Positions 58,379 through 64,000 of a DNA stretch of 64,000 nt are shown here, one piece after another. Below the pieces are notes generated by a model. The model had not been told where the DNA came from. It searched no databases and saw nothing but the letters and a program-made list of their open reading frames with translations. Where the stretch lies: sequence record NC_048077.1, one strand, 5' to 3'. Position 1 is the stretch's first letter. Every line of letters starts with the position of its first letter. A program made the translations under genes and the position numbers.

Positions 58379-58957
58379 ATGGCTAAATCAAAGTCCACCT
58401 CACTGGTTCCGAAACGCATTGAGCGTATCACGAAAAAAGCTGGTGCAATCGCGCAGGTCAAATCCAAACAAACCGATCTGGCGCACGATATCGAAATCTC
58501 GACTCGCGGCGCACACGAAGTTTCCGGTTTCGTGATCGAAGTTACCGCTGACGATAGCGTAACGATCCGCCACAAGAAAGGCGCTGGTAGTTCCAAACAG
58601 ATCGTAAGCACGTTTACCAAAAACCAGATCATTAGCTTTATCGGTGAAGCTGGCGGCATGGGGCAACTGCTGGTTGACGCGTACATGGTTGTTCAGGTAA
58701 TTCGCGGTCAAACTGTAAAAGTTAAAGACGATGTGATTATCGCAACTGATATTCAGACTGGCGAAGTCACTCGCATCGCAACCAACATTCCGGGCTACGA
58801 TGTTCGCGCAATTGTTGACGAAGCTGTTGCTTCTAAAAAGTACGGCACTCCGATTGCAGTTGAAAAGAAAAAAGGCGCTGGCAAGGTAGAAAAAATTGCC
58901 AAAGGCGGCAAAGATAAGTCCGGTAAAAAGAAAAAGAAGTCTGACGAAAACTTCTAA
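58379..58957 (+). CDS. basic beta-rich protein with Lys-rich termini
   Basis: SD GGGAG; KKKGAGKVEK..KSGKKKKK tail. Confidence 0.8.
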   Translation: MAKSKSTSLVPKRIERITKKAGAIAQVKSKQTDLAHDIEISTRGAHEVSGFVIEVTADDSVTIRHKKGAGSSKQIVSTFTKNQIISFIGEAGGMGQLLVDAYMVVQVIRGQTVKVKDDVIIATDIQTGEVTRIATNIPGYDVRAIVDEAVASKKYGTPIAVEKKKGAGKVEKIAKGGKDKSGKKKKKSDENF

Positions 58958-58972
58958 TTCGGTTCCGGCCTG

Positions 58973-59109
58973 AATCTGTAAAGTAACGTTGAAGGACAGA
59001 ATCTGTAAATCAATTCTGTCAGACAGAAACTGTAAACAGTGAATGTCAAACGCCACTGATTAATTTCGGTGGCGTCAGTTAAAAACATTTTTCTCTTAAT
59101 CTGTAAATA
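58973..59109 (+). promoter_or_regulatory. cluster of four AAWCTGTAAA motifs
   Basis: Copies at 58973, 59000, 59027 (27-nt period) and 59098 in a 204-nt intergenic region. Confidence 0.6.
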
Positions 59110-59161
59110 GTAATTGAACAAAGCGTTCATTACTGAACTTTCCTAAAGGATAAAATGAATC

Positions 59162-59953
59162 ATGGCTAAAGCAAAGAAAACCTCTAACGTAGCAATGGAA
59201 ACTCTGGCTAAAATGGCTGGCCTGCTTGTAGAAGCGGCTGCCGATGCAGAAGTTGCAGAACTTCTCGCCGAAGCTGGTCTGACCGTTGCCGCTAAAGGTA
59301 AAGGCAAAGCTAAAGCTGCTAAAGCTGAACCGAAAGCAAAAGGCGGCAAGAAAAAGAAAGTAACTGCCGCACAAATCGTTGAAGCCATCGAAGATGGTGA
59401 GTCCATCGAACTCGAAGGCACCGACGAAGAAGTTCTGCGCGAAGCCGTGGTCAAAGCGAAACTGACCAGTAAGAAAAAAGCGGCGAGCCTCGATGAAGAG
59501 GAACTGCTGGAACTGATTCAGGAAGCGTTGGGTTCTTCTGATGACGAAGAAGAAGACGACGAAGACGAAGACGACGAGGATGATTCTGATGAAGATGATT
59601 CCGACGACGAGGACGACGAGGACGAAGACGACGAAGACGACGAGGATGATGAAGACTCGGACGACGACGAAGACGACGAAGACGGCGACGACGAAGATGA
59701 TGAGGACGACGAGGACGACGAAGACGAGGACGAAGATGACGAAGATGAAGATCGTGATCTGGAAGACCTCGACGAAGACGAACTCCGCGCGTTAGCCATC
59801 GAAGAAGGCGTGTTCACCAAAGCGCAGGCCAAAAAGAAAGACGAAGATGCACTCCGCGAAGCGCTGGAAGCTCACTTCGCTGGTGACGAAGATGAAGACG
59901 AAGACGACGAAGACTTCGACGACGAAGACGACGAAGACGAAGACGACGAGTAA
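59162..59953 (+). CDS. polyampholyte protein: K/A-rich N-half, two HeH-like modules, ~70-residue D/E tract
   Basis: 263 aa; features read from translation; SD AAGGA upstream. Confidence 0.85.
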   Translation: MAKAKKTSNVAMETLAKMAGLLVEAAADAEVAELLAEAGLTVAAKGKGKAKAAKAEPKAKGGKKKKVTAAQIVEAIEDGESIELEGTDEEVLREAVVKAKLTSKKKAASLDEEELLELIQEALGSSDDEEEDDEDEDDEDDSDEDDSDDEDDEDEDDEDDEDDEDSDDDEDDEDGDDEDDEDDEDDEDEDEDDEDEDRDLEDLDEDELRALAIEEGVFTKAQAKKKDEDALREALEAHFAGDEDEDEDDEDFDDEDDEDEDDE

Positions 59954-60134
59954 TTAATCTTCAACTGCGGCACGCCCCGCTAAGTTGTATGACGAGCGCG
60001 GGGCAAATGGTGACGAAGATGAAGACGAAGACGACGAAGACTTCGACGACGAAGACGACGAAGACGAAGACGACGAGTAATTAATCTTCAACTGCGGCAC
60101 GCCCCGCTAAGTTGTATGACGAGCGCGGGGCAAA
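59881..60134. repeat. perfect 127-bp tandem duplication (probable assembly artefact)
   Basis: 59881-60007 identical to 60008-60134; flanking bases differ. Confidence 0.9.
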
Positions 60135-60162
60135 AAATCTTCAAAAAACTTTGAAGAAAATT

Positions 60163-60191
60163 TTGTAGAAGTATGTTGAACATGCTAATGT
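60163..60191 (+). promoter_or_regulatory. possible sigma-70 promoter for the H1-like gene
   Basis: TTGTAG-17 nt-TAATGT with TGn extension and upstream A-tracts. Confidence 0.4.
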
Positions 60192-60257
60192 ACTTCTACG
60201 CAGAAAACGAATTCTGTTTTTACTCCACAACGAACAAATTGAATTTAAGGATTTATC

Positions 60258-60776
60258 ATGTCTAAGAAAGTAATCTCCGGCCTGAACAAACAAATCAAAT
60301 CCATCGAAAAATCCGATGCCGCTCTGGTGAAGACCATCGAAGGTTTGCAGAAACAGCGCGAAAATCTGGCGTCTACCAAAGACGGTCTGAACGAACAGGT
60401 TGCCGCTCTGTCCGGCGAAGCTGCTGCCCCGGCTGCTAAAGGCAAAGCGAAAGCTGAACCGAAAGCGAAAGCTGCTAAAGCTGAACCGAAAGGCAAAGGC
60501 AAAAAAGCCGCCGAAGAAAAACCGGCGAAAGGCAAAAAAGAAAAAGCTGCTAAAGCTGAGAAGCCTGCTAAGGCTGACAAGAAAGCTGCTAAAGGCGAAG
60601 GCAAAAAAGCCAAAGCTGAAAAGCCCGCCAAAGCTGATAAAAAAGCTGCGAAAGGCGAAGGCAAAAAAGCCAAAGCTGAAAAGCCTGCTAAGGGCAAAAA
60701 AGTGAAAGGCGAAAAAGCCAGCAAGAAAAAAGGTAAAAACGCCGACGCAGGTTTTGAATTCGAACTGGACGATTAA
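60258..60776 (+). CDS. histone H1-like / AlgP-like basic protein with N-terminal coiled coil
   Basis: AKAEKPAKADKKAAKGEGKK repeats; acidic tip DAGFEFELDD; SD AAGGA. Confidence 0.8.
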   Translation: MSKKVISGLNKQIKSIEKSDAALVKTIEGLQKQRENLASTKDGLNEQVAALSGEAAAPAAKGKAKAEPKAKAAKAEPKGKGKKAAEEKPAKGKKEKAAKAEKPAKADKKAAKGEGKKAKAEKPAKADKKAAKGEGKKAKAEKPAKGKKVKGEKASKKKGKNADAGFEFELDD

Positions 60777-60802
60777 TAGTTCCCTGCGCTGATTAAGTTG
60801 AT

Positions 60803-60835
60803 ACGGGTTAGGGATTATCTCCCTAGCCCGTTTTT
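60803..60835 (+). terminator. intrinsic terminator
   Basis: ACGGGTTAGGGA-TTATC-TCCCTAGCCCGT then TTTT. Confidence 0.8.
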
Positions 60836-60869
60836 CGTTTCTGGTCGATTTTTCTCGATAGGTTTCTAA

Positions 60870-61211
60870 ATGGATCTTCACTCACGTTTCAAAAAACTTA
60901 ACGAAGACTTGCTCGAACTTCAACAAGCTGTTCATCGCGTCGTTCGTATCTCTCCTTCAAAGTTCGCCGTTTGTTTTTATGATCGTCATGAGCAATCGCT
61001 TCGAACCAACGTTATTGATTCTCGTACAGCACACGAAATAAAACTCATTCAAGAAATGTCTGGCGCTGAGTTGCAATCCTATGGCGCTTTCGTTTCAGCC
61101 ATTCAAGAATGGTGTGAAGCTGAATCCCCCGGTGAATTCCCTATCCCATTGGACAAAGCAGATTCAGACAGCTACCGCACGCTGATTGATGCGATGACTA
61201 TCCGGGAATAG
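60870..61211 (+). CDS. hypothetical protein
   Basis: SD AGGT. Confidence 0.65.
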   Translation: MDLHSRFKKLNEDLLELQQAVHRVVRISPSKFAVCFYDRHEQSLRTNVIDSRTAHEIKLIQEMSGAELQSYGAFVSAIQEWCEAESPGEFPIPLDKADSDSYRTLIDAMTIRE

Positions 61212-61213
61212 CA

Positions 61214-61271
61214 ACTCTGCAAATCTGTGTCCAAAACGTCGATAGCTTATCTAATACTTTAGTGCTAGAAT
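61214..61271 (+). promoter_or_regulatory. class-I phage promoter for the topoisomerase genes
   Basis: ACTCTGCAAA..TGTCCAAAAC 61228-61237, 28 nt, TAGAAT 61266-61271. Confidence 0.75.
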
Positions 61272-61329
61272 AGGCGGCGGGGAAATCCGTACATTAGACG
61301 TGTGAGGGAATCACGTTCGGAGAAAAATC

Positions 61330-63390
61330 ATGGCGAAGAAAGCCGAAGTAAAAGTTCTAAAAAAGAAAGTAGTAGCCAAAGCGGTTGGAAAAGAAATCAA
61401 GAGCAAGAAAAATGCTCAAGAGGGATTCACCGCTCTTTCTGTAATGGAAGGCTTGCGTAAAAACCCCGGTATGTATCTCGGCGAACCGGGCGAAGATATG
61501 GCATATCGTTGCGTCAAAGAAGTTACCGACAACGCATACGATGAAGCCGTGGCGGGACGAAATAAATTAATCGAAGTGATCTTCAACGAAGACAAAGATA
61601 TTTATATCGTTGCTGATGGTGCTGGCGGCATTCCGACAACCGTTAAAAAGATTTACGATGGATCTTCCGAAGCGATCATGACTTCCGCATTTACGCGTGT
61701 TCACGCTGGCGGTAAATTTGATAACGCTGCATACAAAACTTCTGCTGGTACGCATGGCGTTGGTGTTACTGCTGTTAACGCCGTGTCTGAAAGAATTCGT
61801 GTGTGGTCGAACTTCGAAAAGAAAACAAAAGGCATGGAGTATTCCAAAGGCGAATGCGTAACAGCAATCAAGAATTGGGAAGTCGATGCTGATGTTGTGA
61901 AGCTGCTGCAAGATCCGGCGAAAAAATACGGAACGATTGTCGCGTGGACTCTCGACCAAACTGTTGTGAGTATCGACTCGCGCCGTGGTAAAAAACTGCC
62001 GAAGGATTACACTCACGCAAAACTTAACGTTGAGCGTACTCGCGAATGGTTGCAGGCAATGTCTGATCTCAATCCGGGATTAGAGATTCGCTTTACGCAC
62101 ATCAAAGATAAAAAAGGTAAGCGCACTGTTTTCTTAAACAAGAAAACTATGAGCGATGTAGTTAAACGCATTGCAGACGAGCGCGAATTGGTTTTGGACG
62201 GCAAGCCGTTCGAACTGAAAACTGATTACGTTTCTATCGCGATCAGTTGGGCTGATTATCCGGATACCGATTTGTTGCGCACGTTCGTAAACACGTCTCC
62301 TACTCTGGATCATGGCTGGCACGTAACAGGTTTCAGAAGCGCTCTCGAAGCTGCATTGAAACCGTATCTGCCGAAAGCGAAGAAAGGCGGCAAAACATTT
62401 ACGGCAAGTGATTTGCTTGTCGGTGTTATTGGCATGTTCGACTGGCGTATGCACGGCGCACAATATACATCGCAGGTAAAAGATAAACTTGCTAGTCGTG
62501 TTGAAAAAGAAGTTCAGGCGATCATTGAAAAACCGTTGACCGATTTCTTTGCGAAAAATAAATCTCTCGCGAAGAAAATCATTAAACGCGCAGAAGCAAT
62601 GATGAAAGGCCGTGATGAGTTGAGCGCTGTTATTCGTTCGATGGCTGACACGAAGAAAAAAGTTGCTGGTAATTCGTTACCTCCGTTCCTCGAAGCTGCG
62701 CCGCGTTGTAAACCGTTTGAGCGTGAATTGGTTGTGGTGGAAGGTGACTCCGCAGGCGGTACAGGTAAGAACGCTCGCGATCCTTACTATCAAGAGATCA
62801 TGAAAGCTGGCGGTAAACCTCTTAACGGTTTGAAAGCGCCGCTGGCAAAAGTGCTTGTGCATAAACAGGTGCAAGGTTTGTTGGTGAGTATTGGCGCGGA
62901 TTTAAAAACACTCGATCCCAAAGCAGAGAATCCAACTCTGAGCACGGAAAAATTACGCATTGGCAATCTTCTGTTCCTCGCAGATGCTGACCCGGATGGC
63001 AGTCACATTAACACGCTGTTCCTCGCTGTTATCTATCGACTGTTGCCGGACATGATGCGCGAAGGCCGTGTATGGGTTGTCGATGCTCCACTCTATAACG
63101 TGATGTACAAAGGCAAACATTATGGCGGCATGACGTTTGAAGAGTGTCGTGCGATTGCACCTAGCGCGGTAAAAGATAGCGAAATCGTTCGTGCGAAAGG
63201 TTGGGGTGAAGTTAACCCTGATGTTCTGCGTGCGATTGCATTCGATCCGGAAACGCGCCGACTCATTCGAATCAATCCGTTTGAGAACGCAGAGCAAGAA
63301 CGTTTCTTCCGGGGTGTCGTTGCGGAGGACGCGATCTATCGCCGCCGTTTGTTAGGTCTGGTTGAAGTAAATGCAGGGGATGAAGAATAA
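61330..63390 (+). CDS. gyrB: type IIA topoisomerase subunit B (GyrB/ParE-like)
   Basis: [62 protein letters not shown]. Confidence 0.96.
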   Translation: MAKKAEVKVLKKKVVAKAVGKEIKSKKNAQEGFTALSVMEGLRKNPGMYLGEPGEDMAYRCVKEVTDNAYDEAVAGRNKLIEVIFNEDKDIYIVADGAGGIPTTVKKIYDGSSEAIMTSAFTRVHAGGKFDNAAYKTSAGTHGVGVTAVNAVSERIRVWSNFEKKTKGMEYSKGECVTAIKNWEVDADVVKLLQDPAKKYGTIVAWTLDQTVVSIDSRRGKKLPKDYTHAKLNVERTREWLQAMSDLNPGLEIRFTHIKDKKGKRTVFLNKKTMSDVVKRIADERELVLDGKPFELKTDYVSIAISWADYPDTDLLRTFVNTSPTLDHGWHVTGFRSALEAALKPYLPKAKKGGKTFTASDLLVGVIGMFDWRMHGAQYTSQVKDKLASRVEKEVQAIIEKPLTDFFAKNKSLAKKIIKRAEAMMKGRDELSAVIRSMADTKKKVAGNSLPPFLEAAPRCKPFERELVVVEGDSAGGTGKNARDPYYQEIMKAGGKPLNGLKAPLAKVLVHKQVQGLLVSIGADLKTLDPKAENPTLSTEKLRIGNLLFLADADPDGSHINTLFLAVIYRLLPDMMREGRVWVVDAPLYNVMYKGKHYGGMTFEECRAIAPSAVKDSEIVRAKGWGEVNPDVLRAIAFDPETRRLIRINPFENAEQERFFRGVVAEDAIYRRRLLGLVEVNAGDEE

Positions 63391-64000
63391 TGGCAACCAT
63401 TAAGCCGAAGAAAAACGCGAAGCCAGAAAAAACGAAAGTTAAACCTGCTGCGAAATCGAAAGCCGTTGCGAAGAAATCCAAAGGCATTGAAGTTGCCGAT
63501 ATCAAGCCGGGTAAAAAACTCAAAAAGAAAACTGATACTGCAATCACTACCGCAGTAGAAAGTAAGTATCCGCTCAAAGGGCAGAAGCCTGAAAACATTC
63601 GTGACGAAGGTTTGGCTGCGTTTACTGAGCGTGAGCTGCGTAAGTATGGATCTTACGTTGTGGAAGATCGCGCCATTCCAGATTTTCGTGATGGTTTGAA
63701 ACCTGTTCACCGTGCGATCATTTGGGCAATGTCGGATCTCAATCTGTTGCCGTCCGGTGGTTTTAAAAAGAGTGCGCGTGTTGTTGGTGATGCTCTCGGT
63801 AAATATCATCCTCATGGTGATGGTGCGTGTTATGGTGCAATGGTTACGGTTGCTAACACCGTGCCACCTGCTGTAGATGGTCAAGGCAATTGGGGAACGC
63901 CAACTGATCCATTTGCTGCGATGCGTTATACCGAAGCAAAACAAAGCCGCTTCACGCAAATGTTTTTGCTCGATAAAAACTATTTGCAAGTTACGCCGAT
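63390..64000 (+). CDS. gyrA: type IIA topoisomerase subunit A (GyrA/ParC-like), 3'-truncated by the window
   Basis: Own translation from ATG 63390: [46 protein letters not shown] (catalytic Tyr). Confidence 0.96.
   Translation, partial: MATIKPKKNAKPEKTKVKPAAKSKAVAKKSKGIEVADIKPGKKLKKKTDTAITTAVESKYPLKGQKPENIRDEGLAAFTERELRKYGSYVVEDRAIPDFRDGLKPVHRAIIWAMSDLNLLPSGGFKKSARVVGDALGKYHPHGDGACYGAMVTVANTVPPAVDGQGNWGTPTDPFAAMRYTEAKQSRFTQMFLLDKNYLQVTP

Noticed and set aside
59540-59950. GACGAA/GATGAA repeats as CRISPR array or microsatellite locus
   Set aside because: In-frame coding for D/E with mixed codons; no repeat-spacer structure and no cas genes
60007-60084. 25-aa ORF (MVTKMKTK...) created at the duplication junction
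   Set aside because: No SD; it arises only from the probable assembly duplication
31801-60776. Chimallin or PhuZ phage-nucleus components
   Set aside because: No tubulin GGGTGSG motif or recognisable chimallin sequence; the charged proteins are not evidence of a shelled nucleus
61330-64000. Intron, intein or homing endonuclease in the topoisomerase or recA genes
   Set aside because: Reading frames are continuous, with no intein (C..HN/[CST]) or LAGLIDADG/HNH/GIY-YIG motifs seen

Overview
This is 64 kb of a large lytic phage genome, most plausibly an enterobacterial jumbo myophage. The gene content suggests the PaBG/Lu11/Yoloswag/JA11-like group, but that is inference and no search was run. 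All ~100 credible genes lie on the + strand, tightly packed. Recognisable genes: Acb1/T4 57B-like 2H phosphoesterase, a sigma-70-family factor, gp32-like SSB, RecA/UvsX, a NADAR/DUF6939-like protein, two amino-DNA methyltransferases, Tpt1/KptA, YbiI/TraR-like zinc finger, UvsE, dUTPase, an SLT transglycosylase, an HD phosphohydrolase, and GyrB- and GyrA-like topoisomerase subunits (GyrA truncated by the window end). Three things are not explained by standard annotation. (1) A group of proteins with extreme charge-block disordered regions (poly-D/E and K/A/P-rich), many carrying a shared small helix-extended-helix-like module, plus Lys-rich tails on the replication enzymes; this is a candidate chromatin- or condensate-like system. 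(2) Two promoter-like motif classes: 10 copies of CTCYGCAAA-N5-TGTCCAAAAT-N28-TANNNT with invariant spacing, and about 11 copies of AAWCTGTAAA. A paralogous winged-helix-like family and the phage sigma are the candidate readers. (3) Structured RNA leaders, including a 1:2/2:3/3:4 attenuator-like element. No tRNA, rRNA, CRISPR array or mobile element was found. A perfect 127-bp tandem duplication at 59881-60134 is probably an assembly artefact.
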